DNA of 63,693 nucleotides, filler included, from Craspedostauros australis (Eukaryota), in NCBI GenBank assembly GCA_030167865.1. It is 7 parts of 7 records of this genome, joined end to end, with 100 filler letters (N's around TTAATTAATTAA, not from the genome) between each part and the next. Parts side by side here need not be neighbours in the genome. Positions count along the whole stretch, not along the records: positions 1 to 22,655 come from JALAGF010003840.1; 6 more parts are not named here. One strand, given 5' to 3'. A program made the position numbers and the translations under genes. Positions 11,678-22,755 of this stretch are shown here, piece by piece; the first letter of the stretch is position 1; the number at the start of each line of letters is the position of its first letter. The notes under the pieces are model-generated. The model was given only the letters and a program-made list of their open reading frames with translations. It was not told the origin of the DNA and did no database searches.

Positions 11678-12670
11678 TCACTGCAACTGCAGGAAGAGGC
11701 TGCGTCGATCCACGCTGACCGACACGTTGTTCTCGCTGTTTGTGTTGATGGCTGGCCCAGTGGAGGCATCGTCGCAGCCGGAATAGATCGTCTTTTCCGT
11801 GCGGCGCTGCTGTCTCTTGGCCCTGCGCTCCTGTTGTTTCTGCTCCTTGCGCTGCTGTCTGCGGTGCTCGCGTCTTTGCTCCTTGAGGACCTGGCGTTGC
11901 GTCTCCATGCGCTGGTGCTGCAGCATCCGCGAGTTCAAGATAGCGTTCTTGATCTCGCTCACAGTCACGCCGTTCTGGCGCAGGCGGACATGTCGCTCCT
12001 GCGGCGTGAGAGGGCGGAAGTCTGCTGGTGCCATGCTGCAGGTGTGGATGTGCTGCGGGATGCTGTCGTTCGATGTGATGCTGGAATCGCAAGAGCTCAT
12101 TGCGCTGCTGTAGTTGTGGAGGCTTTGGTCGCAGTTGATGGCTGTCTTGTACTTGCGCAGTGGTTCCCAACCCATGGTGAGCGGCGGGCCCGTGGCGGAG
12201 ATGGAGATGTCGCCGAGGACGGTTGGCATCTCCTGGACATCGATCGCATCAGCGAATCGAACCGAGCGCTGGCTGCGATATGATGATGATGATGATGACG
12301 ACGACGACGATGATGAACATCCCTCATCGCAGGCATCCAGCGAAAGTGAGCTGAAGGACGAAGCGAATGTCGCAACCGTGTTGCTGCAATCGTTCTTGCT
12401 CAATCGATCGCACGTATCTGTTGCTTCGTGAAGTGCCATCTCCATGGTGGCTTCCGCCAGTGCCGTTCTCGTTCTCGGTGTGGTTGTCATTGTCATTGTG
12501 CTTGTTCTGTGGTTGCTGTAGTTGTTGTGCCTGCTGTTATTGTGAGGATGGTTGAGGATTATGAGACCAACACAAGGGTGTCTGGAAGGAGACGAGCAGC
12601 TTGTGCGCGGGCTGTCGTCTTCGGTTGCGGCTGGTGTGTGATTGCTCGAGTGTGCTGCGCTAACAGGCAT
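11678..12670 (-). CDS. Diatom-type disordered protein with VRF...LGD...GPPLTMGW motif (CSRNP-N-like, RVxF motif); start uncertain
   Basis: SVRFADAIDVQEMPTVLGD-GPPLTMGWEP and RPLTPQERHVRLRQNGVTVSEI, followed by a basic coiled coil. Paralogous to 14556-15422. Confidence 0.7.
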   Translation of the reverse strand: MPVSAAHSSNHTPAATEDDSPRTSCSSPSRHPCVGLIILNHPHNNSRHNNYSNHRTSTMTMTTTPRTRTALAEATMEMALHEATDTCDRLSKNDCSNTVATFASSFSSLSLDACDEGCSSSSSSSSSSSSYRSQRSVRFADAIDVQEMPTVLGDISISATGPPLTMGWEPLRKYKTAINCDQSLHNYSSAMSSCDSSITSNDSIPQHIHTCSMAPADFRPLTPQERHVRLRQNGVTVSEIKNAILNSRMLQHQRMETQRQVLKEQRREHRRQQRKEQKQQERRAKRQQRRTEKTIYSGCDDASTGPAINTNSENNVSVSVDRRSLFLQLQ

Positions 12671-14555
12671 GCATACCTACCTGTTCGTGTGGTGTCGTGT
12701 TTTGCGTGGTCTTCTCTTCCTTTGTACCTCTCCTCGCCGGTTTCACTTTCCGATTGCTGTGTGGTTTTGGCATTTGTTCTGAAGCGATGTGTTCAGATCG
12801 CAGGTGTCGCGTCGCTGGTGTGTTTCCGGCATGCAGTTTTGATCCGCCTTCGTTTGTCTCTTTGCGTGATGAAGGAATATGAGGCACTGTTCGGACCGAA
12901 TTGATATTTATTCAAAGGGCCTTTGTTAATTACTTGTATAGACGCTGCGACATCCAGTTGAATCGATGTGTTTGTTGCGGGTCATGGCCTTTTGGGTATT
13001 CTATCACAAGAGCAATGTCAATTGCGATTTCGTTGCACTTTCCATTCTGCGACCATTGCAGCTCTCATGGGCTGAGTACATTCAACCCAACGTTCTCAAT
13101 TCCAACACGAGTGATATTCCAGGGAGAAATACTTATCCATTTGGGTGCATAATTGAGGCGTCATGACCCTTCGACAATCCCAGTGTTGGGGAAGACGCCT
13201 ACATTCCCGGTCTACCTGTGGTTTCGGAGCATCCCGACGAAGACCAGACCAGGCAAGGAAAACCAACCGAGACCACACAATCGCTGCGCCAAGTCAGCGA
13301 TGAGATCACAGCAACAGCAAACAACAACAAAGAGAGAGAGAGCAAACAAACACCATAAAAATCAATTGTAACTATCTGATTTACCACCCATACAATCACA
13401 CAGTAACATCGTCTGGAACTGTCCTTCGGCTCAAAGCCGGGTAGAGACCGGCGAGAGCGCTGTTGTTACAACACCCAGCATGACCTTCTTGGCACAAATT
13501 GTGCGTCCCAGCGTGTCGCGTGTTCGAGGGAAAACATCCAAGCAGTCGTAAAAAGATAACAGGCTGCGCTACCGGAACCGCATGCTTCTTGGTTGACGTC
13601 ACCGTGCGCCAAAAGAATGACAATCACGATCACACCACTCCCTCTCTCGGCCACAGAGGCTTGACAAGAGACACCACATTTTGTTTTGGGGCTGGGCAGT
13701 GACACAGGTTGAACATGCTCATCAGCTTGGCGAACACAGAGATACATCAGCGACGACGTTGGGATCCGTTCGGCGGCTCGAAACGACGGCCGAGAAAGTT
13801 GGACGACGGTGGTGGTTGGGCATGGTCCGCAATCCGATTTAGTCTGCTGCCCGCGGCTTCACGTCATCCTTCGTGCTTCATCTGGACGAAGATGGATTTG
13901 TTTGGCTCCCTTGTTCCTCCTTGGCCAATACTGTGTACACCCTTCCGTCCCGCAAGAGAGGCTGCAAATAGAAGCCTTCGCAGATGTGGACGCTCTGCCA
14001 TTGGTCAGCGTGCAGCATCGGGGAAGAATGACTCATGCTATCCACGAGCTAAAAGTGCGGTCGAGTACTCGTATGATACAACAAGACACAGCGGATGATG
14101 ATACAGTGCAGCACAGTAGAGATGAGCCTCTGTGTAGTACGACCTACGGAATGTGTACGATCTCCGATGAAGCACATGAAGTAATTGGGCGCACTCCACC
14201 TTAGATTGTATGAAGGAATCGATCGCCCCATGAGGTCACATCTTCACATGTGTTGAAAGTGCTGTCAGCGCATTCCCCTCGCAACGCACAGCAACTACTC
14301 CCCGCATAAGTACTATATATAACAAACAATACGATATTGCTTTCTGTAGAGAGTACGAGCTATTCCAATTAGAGTCGAGTTGTGTAGAGTCCTGTGCTTT
14401 GACGCGGATGTGGAGCAGCTGGCATGGTTGTCGTGATTCGCGCAGGGGCTGTGCTTCGCCGATCGGATGCTACGAAGCGGCCCTTTCCCCCTCACGATCA
14501 CGGTCATGATTCCCGTCGTCACTGTCTCCAACTTTCACGGAAGGCCCATCAGCAA

Positions 14556-15422
14556 TCACAACCATCGACTCAGCGCCGAATGGCGTTGTGCTTTCCCCTG
14601 GTGCATAGTGGCAGTGTTGCTCGGTTGGCACTGTTCGTGTTGCCGCTGTTGCCGCTGTTTCGACTTCTTCTTACGTTGATGTGTGCGTTGCACGGCCTTC
14701 GCTTTTGCGAGTTGATCCAGCAGGTCCGTTTCTCGACGTTGCTGCTGGCACATCTTCGATTTCAGCTTTGCTTGCACAATCTGCGACTGTGAGAATCCAG
14801 CATCTTCCAGAATGTTTCGTCGCATCCACGATGGCATCGGAACGAGATGGCTACGCGAATGCGTCAGATCACTGCATGCTCGGTCCAACGATGCGACCGA
14901 GCGCCTGCTGCCATCCGACTCCTCCCATCTGTCTTGTGCCTCGCTCCCTTCGACGGAAAGGAGCGACTTCCGCGTCGTTCGAACATGTCTCCATTCCAGC
15001 GTAACCGGAGCACCGCACGAAGTTGGCCCACCGCCTAACGTCATCGGGTACTCTCGGATCTCGATGGTAGAAAACCGGACCCTCTTCACGGTTTTCGATT
15101 TCTGGGGCGGAACCAAAGATGATGCTTGCAGCGGTGCTACTGGCCATGGCTTGGGTGGCTCATCATGCAACCCAGATACATTCCCAGAAGCTTCATGGCA
15201 AGGCATCTGTGTCGAAGAATGTGCTTGATCGTTACTGTCATCGTTGCCAGCGTCATGTTGTGAACTCATCCAGCTGCATGATTCTGTGGACCAGCTGCAA
15301 CGTCGCACACATGGGACGGGGGAAAGATCTAACGATTTCTGGAGATCACCAGCATTGATCTCATTCGTCGCGAGTGCGTTGGGTGACATGGATGCTTCAA
15401 ATCTTGAGCTGTTCATTATCAT
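14556..15422 (-). CDS. Paralogue of the 11678-12670 family (KRVRF motif)
   Basis: KRVRFSTIEIREYPMTLGGGPTSCGAPVTLEW and MPSWMRRNILEDAGFSQSQI, followed by a basic tail. Confidence 0.7.
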   Translation of the reverse strand: MIMNSSRFEASMSPNALATNEINAGDLQKSLDLSPVPCVRRCSWSTESCSWMSSQHDAGNDDSNDQAHSSTQMPCHEASGNVSGLHDEPPKPWPVAPLQASSLVPPQKSKTVKRVRFSTIEIREYPMTLGGGPTSCGAPVTLEWRHVRTTRKSLLSVEGSEAQDRWEESDGSRRSVASLDRACSDLTHSRSHLVPMPSWMRRNILEDAGFSQSQIVQAKLKSKMCQQQRRETDLLDQLAKAKAVQRTHQRKKKSKQRQQRQHEQCQPSNTATMHQGKAQRHSALSRWL

Positions 15423-17443
15423 GTGTTTGGATTATGTGACGGCCGCGTCAATGCAAAACCAACAGACACCATACGCCCACAAGTACGCTGGCTTTGTTGC
15501 AATTGGAGCAAGAGGAGGTTTGATGCATGTGGATGCAAGCGAAGGCACGTGAAGGAGAACAAAAGCGAAAGGGGCGATGGTTGCTAGCTCCCGAACTTTG
15601 GGGATTGATGGTTGATGAAGTCCATACGAGTACTCGAAGCGCATTAGTCTCCGTAGAGTACAGCGTTCTGCTCTACGCGTACTTGCAGCAAATCAAACAA
15701 CAGGGGTGTGAGTTGCTACTACTACTGAGATGACCGTGAAGATCGATGATTCGCCATCGTATGAGTATCATACTTCTGTGATGTTGTGACCAGCACCGTT
15801 TGTGGATCCTTCTTGCAACCGTGCAAATTGTGAACCAAAGGTTGGCAAAAGTCGCGGTTTGGTGTCGCAGGAAATGGTCAGTTAGTGGCAGTCATGTCAT
15901 GGCGATGCCGCATCAGAACAGCCAAATAAAGAGAGCAGTCACGATGAGAGACTGTAAAATCGCAAAAGGAGGTTGTTTACCTCTTTTAAAACAGCGTTTC
16001 GCTTATCAAAGCCATCAACATCTGCCACAAGTTTCTCGTTGCTGTCTGTCTCGAGCTCTTCAACATGGCATGCAACATACCTTTCCAAGCAGCGTTGTGG
16101 TGTGGTACAAGCGACCTCAGCATTCTAGAGAGAGAGAGTGCATCTGCAATGTGCAGCGAGTCGATGACGGGACATCAGAGGCAATAGCATCAAGAGCAAG
16201 ATGATCAGGAACCCAGCAAATGTCCACTGATAGCGACCACCAATGACCATCCGTGAGCTGGCCATTGCAAGAGAGAGAGAGAGAGGCAGCAAAACCACGG
16301 CGTTTCGCTCTCTTGTCTTGGACATTCAAATGCGTGGAGTGTTCATCCTCTCCATTGTTGTTGTTTGGATGTTGATCGTTCTTCGGCAGAGGCGCGATCG
16401 GTGATTGATGATGTGTGTGATTGAAACATCACAAATCGAGAGGCAAGCGCCATTGTTGTTGCTGTCTAATATAGAATACGATCTATTCCATTGTATGACA
16501 CGCAACACCACAAGACACAACGAGGGCAGGAGCACGCAACTTCCGACGAGCACCATGCGGGAATGCCCACGAGTATCTCTCCAGAACATTAGCGCTACAA
16601 GATAGAGGAACGCGACGAGATAATTGAATCTAGCTCTATTTGGAACCACAGCCGATCCAATGGTCTGTGATAGAATAGAATGCTCGTCGGCATCGCGGAG
16701 AGATCCATCTCCCTCCACTTGAGATCGTCTCTTCGGAACTGTCGCCACTCTCTCTAGCAAGTTGCAGCTAGTCAGACGAATGAGATGGAGAGCCAAATGA
16801 GCAATCAGCTTTTCCTCTGGGTCTCGAACATTGGAGACCGATGGTATCATGAGACAGCCTGGAGCGTCGCAGGAGGTGGCAGACTGGTGGACCAGACGTG
16901 GTGCTTGTTGCGATTGTCAATCAGACGCATCACGCCCACCCTGGATCAAGAATCTGTACCTGTTCGGGTTGCGCCATGTCGCATGTCAGTCGTATCCGCC
17001 CCTCCTTGATGTTGCCGGATGACACAGCAACTTTCCTCCTTGTGGGTGTCCGCCCCTCGATGTGGGGGCGCCAACAGTTCTCTTTTGCACGACAGAAACT
17101 TCCGATGGATCGACGAAGAATTCAATCCTGATGTCAGCCAACCCCGGAGTCGTAGTCGTACGACTACTCATGAAGATCTCCAATGTTCGCCTCGGGACGA
17201 GAACCATGGCGGTAGACACAGCGACATCAAATAGTCCCGCGGCTCCCATCCAGTCAACACCAAACCAACAACACAAAGCAACGGCCTGGCAAGGGGGATG
17301 AGGAAGTGCGACTCCTCACTTCACGAACAACGTCACACATCACCGCATTCTGGTACCCTCACAAGTCCACCGACGATCAACATTCAACACCATAGCATTT
17401 CGCATTCCCTTCTTCGCAACGGAAGGCCTCTCCGAGTACAGAG

Positions 17444-19777
17444 ATGAGAGCGAGCACGAAGCATGACGACCCGCTGGAGTGTGCGGAAGGCATGCGCACA
17501 AACACAAACACGCCCACGCATATAGCTGCCGCCACTGCTGCAGCAATGACGATGGCGACGCCCGTTGCGGAAACCTTGCCGACGGTGTCCGGCCTCCTGG
17601 AGACGTTCAATCCAAACGAGATCATCAAAGCGGAGATGAACAAGCTTTGCCTCGACGAGCGGGAAAAGGTGTACGAAGACGTCCACGGGGTCAACGACCT
17701 CGATGATGAAACGCCGTCGTTCCTGACGGCCAAGCTGGACGACATGAGCGTCCAGATACACGTGATCGAGGACAAGCCAGCGTACGATCTCGCCCAGAAG
17801 TTGGACCCATCCTACGTGGAGGATCCCAAGCTGCGGCTCATGTTCTTGCGCTTCGACGGATATGACTCGACGGTCGCGGCCAAACGCATGGTCGATTGGT
17901 TCGAGACGAAGCTGAGGCTGTTCGGGAAAGAGCTGCTCGTTGAGACGATCACGTTGGAAGATCTCAATGCGGAGGCTGCGGAGCTGGTCACCAGCGGTTG
18001 CTGCCAAGTGCTGCCCGTGCGAGACTCCGCGGGGCGTGTCGTGATATGCGTGCGCCGACTCGATGAGCACATGCTGAAGCACCCGAATGCCAACGTGATG
18101 GGACTATTCTACTTCGCCATGCTGCTCTTGAAAGATGAAGAAACGCAAAGGAATGGCGTGGTGTGGATCCGAAACGGATTCGTGGATCGCAGCGAAATCG
18201 ACATGTCCGCCTGCAGGGGTCTCTACAAGGTCGGGAGACTTTCAGGCCAGCTACCCCTCCGGTTCCGAGCGTGTCACTTCATTTCAGAATCCCAAACGAC
18301 TTCGCAGCAGATCAGCACCATGATCCAACTCAGCGTTATCAGCAAGGTGCGCCATCGATGTCGCTCTCACACTGGATCTGTGCAGCACTGCAAGGACACT
18401 CTGAGGGGATATGGGATCCCGGCCGACCTCATGCCAATCAAGGACAACGGCGAAACCTCGTACGATAACCATCTACCTTGGGTGGAACAGGTGCGGCGAC
18501 AGGAGACAGAAATCCTCTTGGAGAGACAGCAGCGAAAACAGCAGAGACGCCATATTGAAGCAACCGCGATGCCTTCGAGCATCGACGACCCAGCTTTTCG
18601 TCCCATGCATTCAACCAAATCAACCGATCCTGCTCAGGGAGCTTCTGTTGTTGCCCCAGGATTTGGCCACTTTCACAACAATCAACACCCTCGACTGCAC
18701 CCGGAGCAAGCACCCGATGCGGAGAATATCGGTAACACTGCCGTCCATGCTCCGCATCATGCATCGTTTCCTGATCAATATGTGGTAGCGCCGAATGTTG
18801 GCCAAGGCTATGTTGGCGGAGTCACATCCACTGATTCCCCGAGTTTTCATGGCGATCATGTTGCCAACAACCTTCGGACGCCGGCAACTTCGTCGCATGA
18901 GACGGGTATTGTGAACGGCATTTTGATGCAATCTCCAACGCTCAATCACACAAACGTGGAACAAGCTCGCGACCCAACCAACGATGCACATGACTCCATC
19001 GACGTTGCCGATGATCTCAACGAAGACTACCTTGCCCAACTGCTTGGCCTGGTACCGTCGGAATTCAGCGATGCAGATTTGAGTGAAGTGTTTGGTGGGG
19101 ATACTCTCGACGTCGCCGCGACAAATAATCACACCAACGGCTCAAGGAACGGCGTGAATGCAGTTGCCAACACAAGAATAGAGCTCCCAATAGCGTGTTC
19201 CGCATCGACGACGACCCCCGCCCTTCGCTCATCCGACACCAAGCAACATGTCGATTGCGACGGGAATCCAAGCCTGATTTCGACAGAAACGAGCGATGGT
19301 ATTTCCGGTGGCAACAGAATTCACCACGAAGATGCCAGGCCAAACGACGTCAGCGTCAGCCTCACCCCGACCCCCAGACTGATAGAAACACCGACCGAAT
19401 TCGACGTCCTCCTTGGACGTGGCCGGCCATTCCAAAATCATAGCGGCAACCAGTACCTGCGGACGCTGGTCGCCGAATGGTATGACACGTACGATACCTC
19501 GCCTCGCAAAGGCAAGACGCCCATAGCAGAACGGCTCGTCTACCTCGTCCATAAACGCGGCGGGCGATTCATCAAACGGGTTTGCGAAGGAGGAATGTCG
19601 GGCTGGGTCGAAGTGGAATTCTCAGAGGCATCGGGCAAGGCTGCGCATGCATTCCGAAAGAGGAGAGAGACGATGGCCAACGCACAAAAGCGCGAAGAAA
19701 GCCGCGCGAAGGCAGCATCGATGGGAACAAAGGCCGAAACGTTGGCAGAAGGCAAGCGCATGAAAGTGGGGAGTTGA
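17444..19777 (+). CDS. CRAL-TRIO-like N-terminal domain + C-terminal DUF6824 domain protein
   Basis: N-terminus has EMNKLCLDEREKVYEDVHG, LRLMFLR...AAKRM, RDSAGRVVI and DEETQRNGVV. C-terminus has DVLLGRG...NHSGN...GGRFIK...GWVEV...KAAHAFR. Uninterrupted 777-aa ORF. Confidence 0.85.
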   Translation: MRASTKHDDPLECAEGMRTNTNTPTHIAAATAAAMTMATPVAETLPTVSGLLETFNPNEIIKAEMNKLCLDEREKVYEDVHGVNDLDDETPSFLTAKLDDMSVQIHVIEDKPAYDLAQKLDPSYVEDPKLRLMFLRFDGYDSTVAAKRMVDWFETKLRLFGKELLVETITLEDLNAEAAELVTSGCCQVLPVRDSAGRVVICVRRLDEHMLKHPNANVMGLFYFAMLLLKDEETQRNGVVWIRNGFVDRSEIDMSACRGLYKVGRLSGQLPLRFRACHFISESQTTSQQISTMIQLSVISKVRHRCRSHTGSVQHCKDTLRGYGIPADLMPIKDNGETSYDNHLPWVEQVRRQETEILLERQQRKQQRRHIEATAMPSSIDDPAFRPMHSTKSTDPAQGASVVAPGFGHFHNNQHPRLHPEQAPDAENIGNTAVHAPHHASFPDQYVVAPNVGQGYVGGVTSTDSPSFHGDHVANNLRTPATSSHETGIVNGILMQSPTLNHTNVEQARDPTNDAHDSIDVADDLNEDYLAQLLGLVPSEFSDADLSEVFGGDTLDVAATNNHTNGSRNGVNAVANTRIELPIACSASTTTPALRSSDTKQHVDCDGNPSLISTETSDGISGGNRIHHEDARPNDVSVSLTPTPRLIETPTEFDVLLGRGRPFQNHSGNQYLRTLVAEWYDTYDTSPRKGKTPIAERLVYLVHKRGGRFIKRVCEGGMSGWVEVEFSEASGKAAHAFRKRRETMANAQKREESRAKAASMGTKAETLAEGKRMKVGS

Positions 19778-20053
19778 TGTTCGTATCGATGCTGTGATGA
19801 TCCTGAACAGGTAAATATCTGTGTCTCAATATGCTCTAGACTCATGGAATATTCTACTCCTATTCAGCAGAGGTCTATTTTGTTAAGCACGTTGCTGCCC
19901 ATACCCTGAGGCGCTGGTTTATTGTGTCCAAATACGAGCTGCAGTGTTGCTGAAGGAGGTGAATGGCATAGGCATGAAGACATGCAGATTGTTGGGAACG
20001 AACGATTGCGAAAGAAGGAACGTGAGCCACTGCTTGTCCCGCCTCTCTGCGAT

Positions 20054-21151
20054 CTAATTCCACGCTTTCACGATCGATGCTGGATTCCGGATAGCATTCA
20101 ACAAGGGCTTGATCTCATTGCTGAAGAAGTCGGCCATTATGATATCTGCCTCCAGTTCCAGCTTGGTGAGGGTGAGGTTTCTCCTCAAGGCGTCCAGCAT
20201 TTTCCGTTGATGGGCTTCGCGCACGTCCGCTTCGATCGGCCAGTCTTCCTCAGAGGACTCCATCTTGTAGCTCAATTGGCGGAGCTTGTCATTGGCGACC
20301 AAAGCCACGAACCCATCGACGCACACGGCGATTGGAGCTGTGCCTCTCAATGTAACGTTGCGGAGACGGCGACTTTTCGCAATCGTTGGAATGAGGACGC
20401 TCCAATCGGTATCTCCGTCGTCGCTGCGGATGAAGAGCTCATGAATGCTCCGGCAGTTTTCGATGCCATCGGCCAGATATTCCGCGTCGATATCGCAGAA
20501 CTCCAGTCTGATGGATTCGAGGATGCAGGCGGAAGTCATGAGCCGCTCGCAGAAGCGCTCTCCGTCGTCATCAAAGTCACAAGTCACCAGTTGGAGCCTT
20601 TCGTGCCGGACCATCCAATCTGACAGATCATAGCTGATGTTGTAACAACGGTACATCTCGAACAGGTGAAGCGACGTTCGAGGCTGGGTGACTATCAGCG
20701 ACCCAGGTAGACCTGAGATGAGATAACCTGGAGTGTGAGCTGTGGGGTTTGGTGGCGAGTTGCCTAGCAGCAGCAACAGCCCCTCCATGACAGATCGGTG
20801 GCTTCGAGTTAGTCTATCGTGGTGCTCGTACTTGCAACTGACGACCATAAAGCTATTGAAGCGAACGTGACTATCGTAGGTCGGATCTTCCACCGGGTCG
20901 AGGCGTGTCAGGAAGATAGGCCCGATCGAGACGCAGTCGTATTCGTGCACGACGCTCTTGAATTGATTCCACGTGAAGCCACGCTTGTGGAGTAGTTCCC
21001 AATCACTATCTCGCACATTCAGCTTGAAGCAGGAGAACCCATGGCTATTGGATTCACTGATCCGTTTCTTGAGATTCAGGTGCTGCCACAGTAATTCGAA
21101 GTGAGCATCCTCTTGAAGTTGTGGAGTGGCTGTTGCCATTGCCATTGCCAT
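20054..21151 (-). CDS. RNI-like/leucine-rich-repeat protein (ORF open upstream to 21409; start uncertain)
   Basis: Periodic LxxLxL segments (LESIRLE, SIHELFI, LRNVTL, LRQLSY, NLTLTKLEL), typical of expanded diatom RNI-like genes. Confidence 0.65.
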   Translation of the reverse strand: MAMAMATATPQLQEDAHFELLWQHLNLKKRISESNSHGFSCFKLNVRDSDWELLHKRGFTWNQFKSVVHEYDCVSIGPIFLTRLDPVEDPTYDSHVRFNSFMVVSCKYEHHDRLTRSHRSVMEGLLLLLGNSPPNPTAHTPGYLISGLPGSLIVTQPRTSLHLFEMYRCYNISYDLSDWMVRHERLQLVTCDFDDDGERFCERLMTSACILESIRLEFCDIDAEYLADGIENCRSIHELFIRSDDGDTDWSVLIPTIAKSRRLRNVTLRGTAPIAVCVDGFVALVANDKLRQLSYKMESSEEDWPIEADVREAHQRKMLDALRRNLTLTKLELEADIIMADFFSNEIKPLLNAIRNPASIVKAWN

Positions 21152-21838
21152 TGTCGCTGTCGTTGTAGTTGTAGTTGTAGTTGCATCTGGTGCTGCATCT
21201 GGTGCTGCATCTGATGTTATCGATTCTAACGACAGGGTTCCTTCTGTTCTCTCTCCGCTCTGGCGTCTCTTGATGTCTGAGTCCTTGTACTGTTTGGGAC
21301 GACGGTTGCCCTGGTGCAGGTATTGTGCGCAATGTGCGAGAATCATGAGAGGACCCATCAAACACCATGAGCAGAAGCTCACAAATCCGCCAGAAACGTG
21401 CCAAAACATGCCAAAACATGCTGTTGTGTTTGGAGAGCTCCAGTCATGTCGTGGATGTCTATAACGGGACTGATAGTAGTGGTTGAGTCACGTCATCCTC
21501 AACCCATCAGCAACAATCCACGCCATCACAAGGGAAGCCATCCCACCCGATCTCAGGGGTGGAGGCAGGTCGCACAATGGTGATGCTGGCATCCATAGTA
21601 GTAGTCGTACCCTCTCTCTGCAGAGTATGCAAAGTATTAGTACTTGTGCCCACCCACTGTATTCACAGACCCCGTCCCATTGCCAAGCACATTGCTCTTT
21701 TCGTTAGAAAGCAAGAGTGAAGGTGAAGGTGAAGGTATTGGAGTCGAAGTTAACGGCTTGAATCGCAGGAATTGAGAGGCACACGATACGTTCCTTCAAA
21801 GGCGGACGCTCATTCAGAGAGGCAGAAGAGAGAGAGAG

Positions 21839-22405
21839 ATGTCGAGGCATCGATTTGTGAGGAATCTGGTGGAGGACGACTACTATGATGGCTACGATGA
21901 TGACGACTACTACGATGAGGATGACTACTATGACGATTACGACAATACGAACTACAACAAGAGCAATACAAGCAGCAATAAAAGCAGCAACAACAGCAGC
22001 AAAGCGTCGGGCTCTGCTTCGGGCTCTGGTGTATCATCATCATCCGCGACGGCATCCGCGACAGCGTCATCCACGACGTATGCGCAACCCGTCGGTTGTG
22101 CTCCCAAGAAAGCAACAGCGCCAGCACCAAAGGCACCAACGCCAGCTTCCTCTGCCGGAGTATCGAAGCCTCCGCCAGGATGGGGTAAACCGTCCGCTCC
22201 TGCTCCTGCGACGACGAAAGCTGCAAGCAAACCTGGGATCAGCGCGCCGCCAGTGGGTTGGGGAAAACCAGGAGGTTCCAAAGCTGCAGCAGCGAATGCC
22301 GCGAATCAAAAGCCGTCGTCTGCTGGAGTATCGAAGCCACCACCACAATTTCCAGATGGAACCAACTTCCGGAAGAAATTGTCGCAGCAAATAAACCACG
22401 AATAA
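21839..22405 (+). CDS. HBS1: HBS1-like protein, N-terminal part only (GTPase domain absent)
   Basis: MSRHRFVRNLVEDDYYDGYDDDDY matches the HBS1 N-terminal signature (M-S/A-RHR-x-VR followed by an Asp/Tyr tract). Then PPPGWGKP repeats and an abrupt change at ~22346. Confidence 0.55.
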   Translation: MSRHRFVRNLVEDDYYDGYDDDDYYDEDDYYDDYDNTNYNKSNTSSNKSSNNSSKASGSASGSGVSSSSATASATASSTTYAQPVGCAPKKATAPAPKAPTPASSAGVSKPPPGWGKPSAPAPATTKAASKPGISAPPVGWGKPGGSKAAAANAANQKPSSAGVSKPPPQFPDGTNFRKKLSQQINHE

Positions 22406-22655
22406 ACAAATTGAAGACAAACACCAAACAGCAAAAACAACCAGTAGAACAACGACGAAATGACGACGACGAGGAGCAGCAAGATGACGCGTCCAACGGG
22501 CCAAATGCCGATGGAAGCGTATGTCAGAGGCGGCATCAACAGCAACAAGGCGAAGAACAACAGACCAGGAGGAGTAGAGGAGAAGACAGGGCAAGACGCG
22601 ACGACTAACGGGGGCCAACAGGGCGAGAAAGATGGAAAGCAAGGACGAGGCATTC

Positions 22656-22755
22656 NNNNNNNNNNNNNNNNNNNNNNNNNNNNNNNNNNNNNNNNNNNNT
22701 TAATTAATTAANNNNNNNNNNNNNNNNNNNNNNNNNNNNNNNNNNNNNNNNNNNN
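22656..22755. other. Artificial contig spacer (44 N + TTAATTAATTAA + 44 N)
   Basis: Six-frame stop linker. The same 100-nt structure occurs six times in the window. Confidence 0.98.
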
